A stretch of 64,000 nucleotides of DNA from Candidatus Glassbacteria bacterium. Its GTDB lineage: Bacteria > Gemmatimonadota > Glassbacteria > GWA2-58-10. Below, piece after piece: positions 18,271 to 28,840 of this stretch. Every line of letters begins with the position of its first letter. The stretch's first letter is position 1. The notes beneath the pieces are model-generated. The model was given only the letters and a program-made list of their open reading frames with translations. It was not told where the DNA came from and did not search any database. A program made the position numbers and the translations under genes. Where the stretch lies: positions 6,829-70,828 of the forward strand of contig VRUH01000007.1 in assembly GCA_019456185.1 (NCBI GenBank), given 5' to 3'.

Positions 18271-19432
18271 ACAGCAGCCTACGGACCGCATCGAAAAAGT
18301 AACGGTTGTCCTGGACTCCATCGTAGGAGAAAAAACAAATCCCGCCGGCGTTCAGCGGCACTATTTTCCGGGCCCGCTCCATAATCCCGCTCACCGGAAC
18401 ATCCCACGCACGCAAGCCCGCCCAGACATGCCCGGCTCCAATTTCCCTGCATGCGGCTTCGATCTGGGCATGCACCAATTCCGGATCGGTACTGTAGGCC
18501 ATCGGCAACACCATCCGTACGTAACCCTCGCGCACCCAGCTTGGCCAGTCCTGTCCGAAAACGGTATACGCGTCTTCGATATCCGGTTTCACCGCCGCGC
18601 TCAGCACGGTGCCGGGACGCTGTGACTCAACCACGGTTTTCACCCGCGCAACTATCCCGCTCACATACCCGGCTCTTACCGCCCGCCACTGATCCATCAG
18701 TTCCTCGAAGCGCTCCTTCCCGTATTTCTTCTTTACCGTATCAGGCTGTCTGACCAGCTTCAACGGATCGATTCCGGCGGTTGAGTGGAACCCCCGGCGC
18801 GCCTCCGGACCGTAATCCACCGAACTCATCGGATAACGGATATAATCGAGGTGGACGCCGTCGAGCGGGTAGCGGGAAACCATGTCGCGGATAAAGTCCT
18901 CGAGGTAGGCGCGAACCCCCGGATCGGCCGGCGAGAGGAAAGCTCCGGCGATATTGTGTTTGTTAAGCCGTGCCGGGGAGTAATCGGCAAGCGAACGGCT
19001 GTCGCTGTCGTACATCATCCAGTCAGGATGGCGGTTGTAGGCGTGCGAGGGGTCCGCGGGAGGCGAGGGCGCGCTCCAGACCAGCAGCGTATTGACCCAG
19101 GCGTGGACCCTGATACCGCGGGCGTGGGCTTTTTCGAGCACGTAGGCCAGCGGATCGAACCCCGTGGCCAGCAGGCCGCGGATCGGCTCTGACTGCGGAT
19201 ACACGCGGGACGGGAACCAGGCGTCTCCCCTGCCGCAGACCTGGACGAACAGGTTGTCGAAACCGGCGTCAGCGGCGCGCTGAACCATCCTGTCGATACT
19301 CTCGGCCGAAAGCAGGCTGTAGCGCACAACCCACATCGCCCTGGCCTGGCCATCGGCGGCCGCAAGGCCCAGCTGGGCGAATGTGAAAGATGCCGCCAGC
19401 AGAGTCATGGAAACGGCGCGTTGAATACTCAC
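18260..19432 (-). CDS. Family-10-like glycosyl hydrolase (GHL10/DUF187-type), secreted
   Basis: Signal peptide. TIM-barrel-like motifs including GVHLDYIRYP, recalled from the GHL10 family. Moderate certainty. Confidence 0.45.
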   Translation of the reverse strand: MSIQRAVSMTLLAASFTFAQLGLAAADGQARAMWVVRYSLLSAESIDRMVQRAADAGFDNLFVQVCGRGDAWFPSRVYPQSEPIRGLLATGFDPLAYVLEKAHARGIRVHAWVNTLLVWSAPSPPADPSHAYNRHPDWMMYDSDSRSLADYSPARLNKHNIAGAFLSPADPGVRAYLEDFIRDMVSRYPLDGVHLDYIRYPMSSVDYGPEARRGFHSTAGIDPLKLVRQPDTVKKKYGKERFEELMDQWRAVRAGYVSGIVARVKTVVESQRPGTVLSAAVKPDIEDAYTVFGQDWPSWVREGYVRMVLPMAYSTDPELVHAQIEAACREIGAGHVWAGLRAWDVPVSGIMERARKIVPLNAGGICFFSYDGVQDNRYFFDAVRRLLFKR

Positions 19433-19450
19433 GCAAGCTCCGATGCGGGG

Positions 19451-19493
19451 AAAAAACTAAAAAGCGGGAGAGGGAATACTATCCCTCTCCCGC
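19451..19493 (-). terminator. Strong rho-independent terminator ending the ribosomal-protein array after rplQ
   Basis: Minus strand reads GCGGGAGAGGGA, TAGTAT loop, TCCCTCTCCCGC (perfect 12-bp stem), then TTTTTAGTTTTTTCC. Confidence 0.75.
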
Positions 19494-19532
19494 CTGCATA
19501 TAATGTCAATACGAGCCGGGGCCGAACCGATG

Positions 19533-20291
19533 CTACTTGTCTTCCTGCTGCTCTTCGTCAGCGTCCTGCTCCTGCTCAGCTTCGGCCTTTAACTCTTCCT
19601 GCCCGGCGGGAGCTTCCGCCGGCTGCTCCTCTTCGACCGGAGGTACCTCGGCTTCCGCGGCGGCTTCGGCCTCGGCTTCCGCGGCGGCTTCGGCCTCGGC
19701 TTCCGGTGCGCTTTCCTCGCTCACGGCATCATCGGCGGGCGTATCCTCGGCAGCGGCCTCTGTTTCAGCAGCACTTCCTTCTGCTTCAGCCTGTTCAGCG
19801 GCGCTCTCCTCAACGGCAGCGGCCTCGGCCGGCTGCTCCTGATCATCGGCGGCCTGCTGCACCTGCTGCACGGCCTCCGGAGCCTCTTTCTTTTTCGAGC
19901 GACGGCGGCGTTTGCGGCCTCCGCCCCTGCTGACTTCCTCGGTCACCAGCTCCAGCAGCGCCATCTCGGCGTTGTCTCCGTGACGGTTGGCCAGCTTGAG
20001 AATGCGGGTATAGCCGCCCGGCCGTTCCTTGAACCGTTCGCCCAGGGTATCGAATAACTTGGAGACGGCGTCCTTGTCCTTGACTAACCGCAGAACCTGG
20101 CGCCGGGCGTGAAGGTCACCGCGCTTGGCGAAGGTGATCATCTTCTCCGCCAGCGGCCTGGCCTCCTTGGCCTTGGCCGTGGTGGTGCGGATCTTCTCGT
20201 GCAGGATCAGGCCGGTGATCAGGTTGCCCATCAGCGCCCGGCGGTGACTTGCGGTACGGTTGAGCTTTCTGCCCTTCTTCATATGTCTCAT
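19533..20291 (-). CDS. rplQ: 50S ribosomal protein L17 with a roughly 130-aa Ala/Glu-rich C-terminal extension
   Basis: [24 protein letters not shown] is the canonical L17 N-terminus. The tail is [19 protein letters not shown]..., encoded partly by 24-bp tandem repeats. Confidence 0.85.
   Translation of the reverse strand: MRHMKKGRKLNRTASHRRALMGNLITGLILHEKIRTTTAKAKEARPLAEKMITFAKRGDLHARRQVLRLVKDKDAVSKLFDTLGERFKERPGGYTRILKLANRHGDNAEMALLELVTEEVSRGGGRKRRRRSKKKEAPEAVQQVQQAADDQEQPAEAAAVEESAAEQAEAEGSAAETEAAAEDTPADDAVSEESAPEAEAEAAAEAEAEAAAEAEVPPVEEEQPAEAPAGQEELKAEAEQEQDADEEQQEDK
19651..19706. repeat. 24-bp tandem direct repeat (2.3 units) inside the rplQ tail-coding region
   Basis: gcttccgcggcggcttcggcctcg occurs twice then gcttccgg follows. 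Read directly. Confidence 0.8.
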
Positions 20292-20375
20292 CTTAGCAGG
20301 TCCTTAATGTCCTTGCTCCCACGCTCACCACGCACCTCATGTGGAACGTCCGGATCGTCGCGGGAAAAGCCGGTT

Positions 20376-21425
20376 TTATTCCTGGTCGTCTTTCTCGTCC
20401 GGATTGTCAAGCTGGTTCTGCTCCGCTTCCTCGTCCGGTTCCCATTCGCCCTTTTCATTTTTCTGCAGCTTCATCCCGAAATGCATCCCGTGGCGGGAGA
20501 GGATTTCGCTGATCTCGTTGAGAGATTTGCGGCCGAAATTGCGGAACTTGATCATCTCGTTCTCGGATTTCTGCACCAGATCGCCGAGGGTTTTGATGTT
20601 GGAGGTCTTGAGGCAGTTGCTGCTGCGCACGGACAGTTCGAGTTCCTCGACACTGCGATTGAGCCGCTCTTTGAGCTGATTGTGCTTCAGGTCCTGGGCG
20701 CTGGTTTTCTGCTCCTGGGGCTCACTGAAGCTCTTGAGATACTCCAGGTGCTCGATCAGCAGCTCGGCGGCCTTGATCATCGACTTTTCAGGGTCGAGGG
20801 CACCGTTGGTGTGCACACGCATGATCAGCTTATCGTAATCCGTGCGCTGGCCCACGCGCTGCTCCTCAACCTCGAACGAGGCGCGCACGACGGGCGAATA
20901 GATCGAGTCGGCCGGGATAAGCTGCGGATCGTTATCGGGCAGTTCGTGCTGGTCGACGGGGGTGAAGCCGCGGCCGAGCTTTACCAGCAATTCGATCCGA
21001 ACCTTCTTGTTCTTCTGGAGGCTGAACAGGTAGTGGTCCTTGTTGACCACTTCGAGACCGGCGGGCACCTCGATATCAGCCGCGGTGATCTCGCCCTTCT
21101 TGCTGACTTCCAGCTTGCACACCCATTCTTCGTCCTCGTCGTCCGTTTTCTTTTTGAGCACGACCCGCTTGACGTTCAGGACCAGCTCCGAGACATCTTC
21201 CAGCACACCGGGGATGGTCGTCAACTCGTGCAGCACGCCGTCGATCCGGACGCCCCAGATCGCGATTCCCTCGAGCGAGGAGAGCAACACCCTGCGCAGG
21301 GCATTACCAAGAGTCAGGCCGAAACCTCTTTCCAGCGGGTAAACGTTGAACTCGCCGTAGGTTGCATCGCCGACTCCACTCTGCTTTTCGATCCTCGAGG
21401 GCAAAACAATATTTTTGAGACTCAT
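20376..21425 (-). CDS. rpoA: DNA-directed RNA polymerase alpha subunit
   Basis: [40 protein letters not shown] before the ATG at 21425. Confidence 0.9.
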   Translation of the reverse strand: MSLKNIVLPSRIEKQSGVGDATYGEFNVYPLERGFGLTLGNALRRVLLSSLEGIAIWGVRIDGVLHELTTIPGVLEDVSELVLNVKRVVLKKKTDDEDEEWVCKLEVSKKGEITAADIEVPAGLEVVNKDHYLFSLQKNKKVRIELLVKLGRGFTPVDQHELPDNDPQLIPADSIYSPVVRASFEVEEQRVGQRTDYDKLIMRVHTNGALDPEKSMIKAAELLIEHLEYLKSFSEPQEQKTSAQDLKHNQLKERLNRSVEELELSVRSSNCLKTSNIKTLGDLVQKSENEMIKFRNFGRKSLNEISEILSRHGMHFGMKLQKNEKGEWEPDEEAEQNQLDNPDEKDDQE

Positions 21426-21622
21426 AACCGCTATTTCTCCCGCTTGAAGTAACCTGATTCTGGGAAATAGCTCCGCAAAAACTTTAATCCCCAATCTTCA
21501 GGGGGCCTTATAGCCTGTTTCCGGTCAGTTCCCGCCCTCTGATGGCTCCAGCAACATCGCCGCACAACCGGGCGGGGGTTCGGTGAAGAGCGCCAACGAG
21601 GGTCTCCACCGGGTCTGCGCGC

Positions 21623-22258
21623 CTACTTGGAATACAACTCCACGATCAACTGCTCCTGGGCAATGATCGGAATACTCTCCCGCATCGGGACCTCCAGCAG
21701 CTTGCCGCTCTGGCTCTTGTAGTCCACGCTGAGCCAGGAGACAGGTTCCTGCTTGCCCCTGCGCTCGATAGTGGAGAGGATCAGTCCGAGTTCGTTGCTG
21801 GGCTGCTTGACCGAGATTTCCTCGCCAGGGCTGACCTGGCAGGAGGGAATATCGACTATCCGCCCGTTGATCTTGATATGGCGGTGACGGACAAGCTGCC
21901 GCGCGCTCTTGCGGCTGGGCGCGAACCCGAGACGGTAGAGCACGTTATCGAGCCTGGTTTCGAGCATCTGCAACAGGTTTTCGCCGGTAACGCCGCTCTT
22001 CTTGCTGGCTTTCACGTAATAATTGCGGAACTGTTGTTCCAGCACACCGTAGATCCGTTTCACTTTCTGTTTTTCACGCAACTGGATCTGGTAATCGCTC
22101 ACCTTGCGGCGGCGGGCGGTCATGCGGCCGTGCTGCCCCGGAGCGAAATTACGGCGCTCGATCGCACATTTATCGGTGTAGCACCTTTCTCCCTTGAGAA
22201 AGAGCTTCATCCCTTCTCTACGGCACAACTTGCAACTGGCTTCCGTGTATCGCGCCAT
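21623..22258 (-). CDS. rpsD: 30S ribosomal protein S4
   Basis: MARYTEASCKLCRREGMKLFLKGERC zinc-ribbon N-terminus. The track ORF is N-extended, so the start is set at the ATG at 22258. Confidence 0.9.
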   Translation of the reverse strand: MARYTEASCKLCRREGMKLFLKGERCYTDKCAIERRNFAPGQHGRMTARRRKVSDYQIQLREKQKVKRIYGVLEQQFRNYYVKASKKSGVTGENLLQMLETRLDNVLYRLGFAPSRKSARQLVRHRHIKINGRIVDIPSCQVSPGEEISVKQPSNELGLILSTIERRGKQEPVSWLSVDYKSQSGKLLEVPMRESIPIIAQEQLIVELYSK

Positions 22259-22280
22259 CAGATATCCTCCACCAATGAAA

Positions 22281-22679
22281 CTAGACCCGTCTGCGCTTGG
22301 GCGGACGGCAACCGTTGTGTGGGATTGGAGTAACGTCCTTGATCGAACGGATCGACAGTCCCGCGGCCTGGATGGCCTGGATGGCCGACTCGCGCCCGGC
22401 GCCGGGTCCCTGCACACGCACGTGCACCCTTTTCATCCCCAGATTGACCGCTTCCCTGGCGGCCGTATCGGCGATGATCGTGGCTGCAAACGGCGTGCTC
22501 TTCTTGGAACCCTTGAACCCGCACTTGCCGGCGCTGGACCACAACAAGACGTTGCCGTCCAGGTCGGTGATCGTCACTAAAGTGTTGTTGAAACTTGCCT
22601 TGATGTGAGCGACACCCTCGCTCTCCACCTTCTTGATTCTCTTCTTAGGCTTGGCGCCTTTTTTTCCTGGACTCGCCAT
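22281..22679 (-). CDS. rpsK: 30S ribosomal protein S11
   Basis: [18 protein letters not shown]. Adjusted ATG at 22679. Confidence 0.9.
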   Translation of the reverse strand: MASPGKKGAKPKKRIKKVESEGVAHIKASFNNTLVTITDLDGNVLLWSSAGKCGFKGSKKSTPFAATIIADTAAREAVNLGMKRVHVRVQGPGAGRESAIQAIQAAGLSIRSIKDVTPIPHNGCRPPKRRRV

Positions 22680-22801
22680 TATCACTCCTGTAACAGATAC
22701 TCTGGAAATGCGGTCCGGCCACTGCCCGCCGAACCATCCCGGGGCGGCTTGTCCGCAGTTTTCCGGTTCCTGTCTCACCGCCCACAGGGCTGGTGAGAGC
22801 G

Positions 22802-23185
22802 TTACTTCTTGGCCTTAACCTTCTTCTTGCCCGCGATCGCGACTCTCGGACCCTTGTTCGTGCGCGCGTTGGTGTGCGTGCGCTGTCCGCGGACCGGCAG
22901 CTTGCGGCGGTGGCGGATACCGCGGTAGCAGCCGATATCCATCAGCCGCTTGATATTCATCGCCACCTCGGTACGCAGAGCGCCCTCGACCTTGAAATCG
23001 CGCTCGATGACGCTGCGAAGCCTGGTCTGTTCGCTGTCCGAAAGATCGTTGACCTTGGTGTTCAGATCGATCCCGGTTTCCTCGAGGATCTTTTTGGCCG
23101 AGCTGCGGCCGATCCCGAAGATGTACGTCAGGCCGATCTCCACTCTTTTGTTTCTGGGCAGGTCGACTCCGGCTATACGAGCCAT
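22802..23185 (-). CDS. rpsM: 30S ribosomal protein S13
   Basis: [26 protein letters not shown]. Confidence 0.9.
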   Translation of the reverse strand: MARIAGVDLPRNKRVEIGLTYIFGIGRSSAKKILEETGIDLNTKVNDLSDSEQTRLRSVIERDFKVEGALRTEVAMNIKRLMDIGCYRGIRHRRKLPVRGQRTHTNARTNKGPRVAIAGKKKVKAKK

Positions 23186-23226
23186 TACCTAATCTCCCAA
23201 CGTAAAATTTACAAATGCCTGAGGAC

Positions 23227-23340
23227 TCAACCCTGGCGTTGTTTATGCTTGGGGTTGCGGCAGATGATGCGCACCACCCCGCGCCGGCGAATTACCTTGC
23301 AGTATTCGCAGATTGGTTTAACCGAGCTGCGCACTTTCAT
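23227..23340 (-). CDS. rpmJ: 50S ribosomal protein L36 (absent from the ORF track, below the size cutoff)
   Basis: Hand translation gives [37 protein letters not shown], 37 aa then TGA. The frame was checked (114 nt). Confidence 0.85.
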   Translation of the reverse strand: MKVRSSVKPICEYCKVIRRRGVVRIICRNPKHKQRQG

Positions 23341-23369
23341 CGCTTACTCCACTGCCTAGCGGTTCACGT

Positions 23370-23588
23370 TCACTTATAGCGGTAAGTAATCCGGCCCCGG
23401 CTGAGATCGTAGGGGCTCAATTCGAGCGCCACTTTGTCGCCGGGCAGAATCCGGATGAAATTCATCCGCATCTTGCCGCTGATATGAGCCAGCACCTCGT
23501 GATCGTTCTCCAGCTTGACCCGGAACATCGCGTTGGGCAGCGGCTCGACTACCGTACCGGTTACCTGTACTGCTTCTTCCTTTGCCAT
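23370..23588 (-). CDS. infA: Translation initiation factor IF-1
   Basis: [41 protein letters not shown]. Confidence 0.9.
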   Translation of the reverse strand: MAKEEAVQVTGTVVEPLPNAMFRVKLENDHEVLAHISGKMRMNFIRILPGDKVALELSPYDLSRGRITYRYK

Positions 23589-23659
23589 TCCTCATTCCCT
23601 GTTCAATACGTCAGGGTGGTTCTGCGTTTACTGCTGTAGTGCAAACAACATAAATTCGC

Positions 23660-24409
23660 TCAGTTGGTTAAAATCTCCGGTCCGTTCGGCCCCACCGCTA
23701 CCGTATGCTCGATATGGGCGCTCAGCTTGCCGTCGGCCGTAACCACGGTCCAGTTGTCGTCCAGCGTACGGACCTCGTGGGTCCCCTCGTTGATCATCGG
23801 CTCGATCGCGATCACCAGCCCCTCCTTGAGAGGATAGCCGCTTTGCGGTTTCCCGAAATTGGGCACCTGCGGGTCTTCGTGGAGGTTCTGACCGATACCG
23901 TGACCGACCAGATCACGAACCACCGAATAGTTTTCCTGCTTCGCCACCCGGTCGACCGCATGGCCGATATCGCCGATCCGGTTGCCGGCCACCGCCTGCC
24001 CGATCCCCGCATCCAGCGCCCTGGCGGCGCACTCGAGCAGCCGTGTCTGATTCTTCCGGGGCTTGCCGATAATAAACGTGGCCGCCGCATCGGCGTAGAA
24101 GCTCCTGCGCACCACGCCCACATCCACACTGAGCAGGTCGCCATCGCGCAGGATATTCTCGCGGCTGGGAATCCCGTGCACCACCTGCTCGTTCAGCGAG
24201 GTGCAGAGCGTGCCGGGGAATCCGCCGTAGCCCTTGAACGCGGGCCGGCAATCGGGGTACGAGCCGATCAGGTTCTCCGCCGCCTCGTTGAGTTCCCAGG
24301 TGGAAACTCCCGGGACAACCAACTCCTTGACCCGGTTCAGGGTTTCGGCGACGATCTTGCCGGCCTCCCTGATCTTATCGATATCCGATCGTGTCTTTAA
24401 AAATACCAT
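23660..24409 (-). CDS. map: Methionine aminopeptidase, type I
   Basis: 249 aa. Pita-bread metal ligands D..D..H..E..E in conserved spacing (DVGVV, GHGIG). Confidence 0.85.
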   Translation of the reverse strand: MVFLKTRSDIDKIREAGKIVAETLNRVKELVVPGVSTWELNEAAENLIGSYPDCRPAFKGYGGFPGTLCTSLNEQVVHGIPSRENILRDGDLLSVDVGVVRRSFYADAAATFIIGKPRKNQTRLLECAARALDAGIGQAVAGNRIGDIGHAVDRVAKQENYSVVRDLVGHGIGQNLHEDPQVPNFGKPQSGYPLKEGLVIAIEPMINEGTHEVRTLDDNWTVVTADGKLSAHIEHTVAVGPNGPEILTN

Positions 24410-24416
24410 CGTTCCG

Positions 24417-25718
24417 CTACATTGTTCGTCGGCCGGGCACTTTCGATTTCTTCATGAAACCGTCGTAGTGACGCATCAGCAGGTGGCTCTCCATCTGCTG
24501 AATCGTATCCAGCGCGACGCCGACCACGATCAGCAAGCTGGTGCCGCCGAAATAGAACGGCACGTTGAGCCAGCGGTACATGTAAATCGGCAATACGGCG
24601 ATCGCGGCCAGGAAAACCGATCCCGGCAGGGTAATCCTGGTCAGGACCTTGTCGATATATTCGGCGGTACGCGCTCCGGGCCTGATCCCCGGGATAAACC
24701 CTCCCTGGCGCTTGAAATTCTCCGCCAGGTCGACCGGGTTGAAAATCACCGCCGTGTAAAAGTAGGTAAAGAATACGATCATCAAGCTGTAAACCACCAC
24801 ATACGAATCGGTATTCGGCTGAAAGAAGCTCGTCACATCCTCCAGAAAACCACCGGGGGCCAGGAACGAACTCAAAGTCGCAGGCACCACGATAATCGAC
24901 TGGGCGAAGATGATCGGCATCACGCCCGCGCTGTTGATCCGCAGCGGCAGGTGTGTCTGCTGGCCGCCCATCACCTTACGGCCCACCATCCGTTTGGGAA
25001 TCTGGATCGGTATTTTGCGCGTGCCCAGGGTCATCACGATTACGCCGGCCACCACGGCCACCATCACCACACAGACCAGCAGCATCGGGATAATCCCGAT
25101 CACGTCGTTGCGCAGCATCTCGATACTCTGGAACACCGCGGCGGGAAAGCGGTCGATAATGCTGAAAAAAATCAGCAGGCTCATGCCGTTGCCGATCCCG
25201 CGCTCGGTGATCTGCTCCCCCAGCCACATCACCATGATCGCGCCGGTGGTGAGTGTTACCACGGTGGTGACCCTGAACAGCCAGGGGTTATCCATGGTCA
25301 CCGCGCCGAGGCTATCCAGCCAGGTGGCGATACCCACGCTCTGGATAAAAGCAAGCAGCACAGTGCAGTAACGCGTGTACTGCGTGATCTTCTTGCGGCC
25401 TTCCTCGCCCTCTTTCTGCAGCTTCTCGAAATAGGGGAACACCGGCGGCAGCAGCTGGAAAATAATCGAGGCGCTGATGTAGGGCATAATGCCCAGCGCA
25501 AACACGGTCGCCCGCTGCAGCCCGCCTCCGACGAACATGTCCATCAGTCCGAAGAAGGTGTCCTGCTGAGTGCTGAACCACTCCATCAGCCGGTTGACCG
25601 CGATTCCCGGCACCGTGATATGTCCACCGATCCGGTAGATCACGACGATCAGGAAAGTGAATCCCAGCTTACGCTTCAGCTCCGGTACATCAAAAATATT
25701 CCGCAGCCCCGCAGCCAT
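24417..25718 (-). CDS. secY: Preprotein translocase subunit SecY
   Basis: 433 aa, 10 TM helices, GIMPYISASI motif. Confidence 0.95.
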   Translation of the reverse strand: MAAGLRNIFDVPELKRKLGFTFLIVVIYRIGGHITVPGIAVNRLMEWFSTQQDTFFGLMDMFVGGGLQRATVFALGIMPYISASIIFQLLPPVFPYFEKLQKEGEEGRKKITQYTRYCTVLLAFIQSVGIATWLDSLGAVTMDNPWLFRVTTVVTLTTGAIMVMWLGEQITERGIGNGMSLLIFFSIIDRFPAAVFQSIEMLRNDVIGIIPMLLVCVVMVAVVAGVIVMTLGTRKIPIQIPKRMVGRKVMGGQQTHLPLRINSAGVMPIIFAQSIIVVPATLSSFLAPGGFLEDVTSFFQPNTDSYVVVYSLMIVFFTYFYTAVIFNPVDLAENFKRQGGFIPGIRPGARTAEYIDKVLTRITLPGSVFLAAIAVLPIYMYRWLNVPFYFGGTSLLIVVGVALDTIQQMESHLLMRHYDGFMKKSKVPGRRTM

Positions 25719-26164
25719 TACAGCACCTCGACTTTGCCACCCGCGGCCTTAATCACCTCGCGGGCTTTGGCGCTGAAAGCGTTAGCTCTGACATTGACCG
25801 CAAAACTCAGCTTACCGCCGTCGCCCAGTACTTTCACCGGCTGGTCGGGCTTGCGGATCAGTCCCAGCCCGGCCATCGCCTGCGGGTCGAGGCTGTCGCG
25901 CTTGCCCGCCCGCTCGATATCCGAAAGGTTGACCACCTGGTAAGTCTTGCGGAACGGGTTATTGAACCCCCGCTTGGGAAGGCGCCGCTGGATCGGCATC
26001 TGTCCGCCCTCGAACCAGACGGGCATCTTGTTCTTGCCGCTGCGCGACTTCTGTCCATTTTCGCCGCGGCCACTGGTGCCGCCCCGACCGGAACCCCTGC
26101 CCCGTCCGACACGCTTGCGCCCGCGGGTAGCTCCCTCGGGTTTTTTCAATTCGCTCAGTTTCAT
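25718..26164 (-). CDS. rplO: 50S ribosomal protein L15
   Basis: MKLSELKKPEGATRGRKRVGRGRGSG. Confidence 0.9.
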   Translation of the reverse strand: MKLSELKKPEGATRGRKRVGRGRGSGRGGTSGRGENGQKSRSGKNKMPVWFEGGQMPIQRRLPKRGFNNPFRKTYQVVNLSDIERAGKRDSLDPQAMAGLGLIRKPDQPVKVLGDGGKLSFAVNVRANAFSAKAREVIKAAGGKVEVL

Positions 26165-26242
26165 TACACGCTCTCGGAAGTTCGATTACCGTTAGAGTTC
26201 AATGCCAGCGCACTGCAGAAAAACCAGCGGCGAACCGCCCGG

Positions 26243-26437
26243 TCAGGTGTTTTCCTCAACCCGGACCAGGTGGCTGACCCTGAAGATCATCCCGCGCACC
26301 GAAGGAGTGTCGTCGTGGATGACGGTTTTCTGGTGGTGGGTCAGCTTGAGTGCCTCCAAAGTGGCTTTCTGCTTTTTGTTCGAGCCGATCCCGCTCTTGA
26401 TCTGGGTAATTTTCAGCTTTTTCGTCTTACTACTCAC
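26243..26437 (-). CDS. rpmD: 50S ribosomal protein L30 (GTG start)
   Basis: [16 protein letters not shown] at 26437 sits 6 nt after GGAGG. The track ORF is N-extended. Confidence 0.8.
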   Translation of the reverse strand: MSSKTKKLKITQIKSGIGSNKKQKATLEALKLTHHQKTVIHDDTPSVRGMIFRVSHLVRVEENT

Positions 26438-26969
26438 TGGTGGCCTCCACAACTACCTTGTCTCCGCCGGCCACTTCCTCGGGTGTCACTCCCCTGATCC
26501 TGGCCACTTTCTGCAGGGTCATCAGCCCTTTCAGACCCTCCATGGTAGCCTTGGCCATGTTGTGCGGATTGTTACTGCCCAGGGACTTGGAGAGGATGTT
26601 ATGGATCCCGGCGCATTCGAGCACGGCGCGCACGCTGCTGCCGGCGATAACACCGGCGCCCGGAGCCGCCGGACGCAGCATCACGCGGCCCGCCCCGAAA
26701 CGTCCCACAATCTCGTGCGGGATAGTCCCGCGGATCACCGAAACCTTGACGATATTCTTCTTGGCCGTCTCCATGCCCTTGCGGATCGCGTCGGCGACCT
26801 CGTTGGCCTTGCCCTTGCCCAGGCCGACACTGCCCTTGCCGTCGCCCACGGCCACGAGGGCGCTGAAGGAGAACCGGCGTCCACCCTTGACCACTTTGGC
26901 GCAGCGGTTGATTGAAATCACGTTTTCGATCAGGTCGCTTTTTTCTCTGTCACGCTTCATGTCTGCCAC
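26430..26969 (-). CDS. rpsE: 30S ribosomal protein S5
   Basis: [30 protein letters not shown]. Confidence 0.9.
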   Translation of the reverse strand: MADMKRDREKSDLIENVISINRCAKVVKGGRRFSFSALVAVGDGKGSVGLGKGKANEVADAIRKGMETAKKNIVKVSVIRGTIPHEIVGRFGAGRVMLRPAAPGAGVIAGSSVRAVLECAGIHNILSKSLGSNNPHNMAKATMEGLKGLMTLQKVARIRGVTPEEVAGGDKVVVEATSE

Positions 26970-27010
26970 TTTAAATACTCCTTGCGGTGCACGGGGTTAG
27001 ATCGCCGGTG

Positions 27011-27373
27011 TCAGAATTGGAGGCCGCCTTCGCGGGCTCCATCGGCAAACGCCTTGACCCGCCCGTGGAAGATATAGCCGTTGCGGTCGAAAACGATCTT
27101 CTCGATCCCTTTCTTGCGGGCTTTCTCGGCCAGCATCTTACCGACTTCCTTGCTTACCTCGATTTTTTTCTTGTCTTTGGAATCAATTTCCTTGCACAGC
27201 GAGGAGAGGCCCAGCAGGGTCGTGCCCCGGGTATCGTCGATTATCTGGCCCTGGATATTTCCCAGGGTCCGGGAGACCACCAGCCGCGGACGTTCCGGCG
27301 TGCCGGAAATGTGCTTGCGGATCCGGGCATGTCTCCTGGCTCTTGCACTCCTGCGGTCGAAAGCTTTCATCAT
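27011..27373 (-). CDS. rplR: 50S ribosomal protein L18 (start approximate)
   Basis: ARARRHARIRKHISGTPERPRLVVSRTLGNIQGQIIDD. Confidence 0.85.
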   Translation of the reverse strand: MMKAFDRRSARARRHARIRKHISGTPERPRLVVSRTLGNIQGQIIDDTRGTTLLGLSSLCKEIDSKDKKKIEVSKEVGKMLAEKARKKGIEKIVFDRNGYIFHGRVKAFADGAREGGLQF

Positions 27374-27426
27374 CAGTTCCTGTTTCTGCAACATTTTGCG
27401 GAAGATCAATTCTTCCGAATACCAGT

Positions 27427-27975
27427 TTACACGCCGATAGTCGCGCCGGCCTTACCGGCCTTGCGGATAATCCGCTCGCCCTCGTAACGCACGCCCTTGC
27501 CCTTGTAAGGTTCCGGCGGACGGAAGGAGCGGATCTTGGCCGCGATCTCGCCCACCACCTGCTTGTCGATTCCCGTGACCACGATCTCGGTCAGCGAGGG
27601 AGTCTCGAAGGTGACATTTTCCGGTGGCGGAACGTCGATCTTATGCGAAAATCCCAGTTCGAGGGTCAGGGACTTGCCGGACATCTGGGCCCGGTAGCCC
27701 ACACCCTCGATCAGCAGTTTCCTGGTGAATCCCTCGGTGACCCCGACAATCGCGTTATTGATCAGCGAACGGGTCAGTCCGTGCAGGCTACGGTTGAACT
27801 TATTGTCGTCGGGCCGCTTGACCAGGATCTCTTTTTCAGCGATCTCGACAATCATGTTGGGGTGAACGGTTTCGAAGTTCTTACCCCGTGGTCCCTCGAC
27901 CACGATTTTGTCGCCCTCCCGGCTGACCTTGACGCCGTCGGGAACGGGGATCGGCATTTTTCCGATTCGGGACAC
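27427..27975 (-). CDS. rplF: 50S ribosomal protein L6
   Basis: MSRIGKMPIPVPDGVKV. Confidence 0.9.
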   Translation of the reverse strand: MSRIGKMPIPVPDGVKVSREGDKIVVEGPRGKNFETVHPNMIVEIAEKEILVKRPDDNKFNRSLHGLTRSLINNAIVGVTEGFTRKLLIEGVGYRAQMSGKSLTLELGFSHKIDVPPPENVTFETPSLTEIVVTGIDKQVVGEIAAKIRSFRPPEPYKGKGVRYEGERIIRKAGKAGATIGV

Positions 27976-28048
27976 TTGGGTCCTCTCCTGAATCTCAGTG
28001 TCGTTACTTTAGGATTGCCCGGTTCTTCTAGTGCTTCAGGCTCAGTGA

Positions 28049-28447
28049 TTACCAGACGTGGGCAATCACTTCGCCACCGACATGCCTGGCCCGCGCCAGC
28101 CGGTCGGTCATCAGACCCTTGCTGGTGGAGATAATCGCCACACCCAGGCCGTTGCGCACGCGGCGGATCTGGTCCGCCCTGATGTAAACCCTGCGGCCGG
28201 GCTTGCTGATCTTACACAGGCCGATTACTGCCGGGGTTTCATCCATGCCGTAGCGCAGGTAAATCCTCAGGATATTCTGCGGCGGGTCCGTGATTTCCCT
28301 GAAGTTGGCGATCAGCTTTTCCTCCAACAGGATGCGAGCCATTTCCCTGACCAGCTTGCTGACCGGCACATCGACACGGATCTTCTTGGCCTGGTATCCG
28401 TTACGGATCCTGGTCAGCATGTCGGCGATTGGATCGGTCATCGTCAT
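28049..28447 (-). CDS. rpsH: 30S ribosomal protein S8
   Basis: MTMTDPIADMLTRIRNG. Confidence 0.9.
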   Translation of the reverse strand: MTMTDPIADMLTRIRNGYQAKKIRVDVPVSKLVREMARILLEEKLIANFREITDPPQNILRIYLRYGMDETPAVIGLCKISKPGRRVYIRADQIRRVRNGLGVAIISTSKGLMTDRLARARHVGGEVIAHVW

Positions 28448-28545
28448 TGCGCCGTACTCTCCAAACTAATGGTTTTACAGTGTGAATGTCCCTGCGTCAA
28501 CGTACGCGCCATCCGGTGCGCGCGGATTTGCCGCCCGAACTCTCT

Positions 28546-28731
28546 CTACCAGCTTGCCTTGCGCATGCCGGGAATCATCCCGTCCAGGGCCAGCTCGCGC
28601 AGACAGATCCGGCAGACGCCGAACTTGCGGTAGTAGCCGCGCGGCCGTCCGCAGCGCTGACAGCGATTGTACTGGCGAACCTTGAACTTCTGTTTTCTTT
28701 TCGCCTTGGCGATAAGGGCCTTCTTAGCCAC
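28546..28731 (-). CDS. rpsZ: 30S ribosomal protein S14, zinc-binding type Z (61 aa)
   Basis: [20 protein letters not shown] carries the CxxC...CxxC zinc motif. Confidence 0.85.
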   Translation of the reverse strand: MAKKALIAKAKRKQKFKVRQYNRCQRCGRPRGYYRKFGVCRICLRELALDGMIPGMRKASW

Positions 28732-28840
28732 TTTACCGTCCTTTCGTGAATACTCTTGAAGCGGTCCCTGCAGCGCTCATTCGGAGGCGATACAGGGTCT
28801 CCCGATCATTCAACAAATACATCACAAATACATTGCCTGC

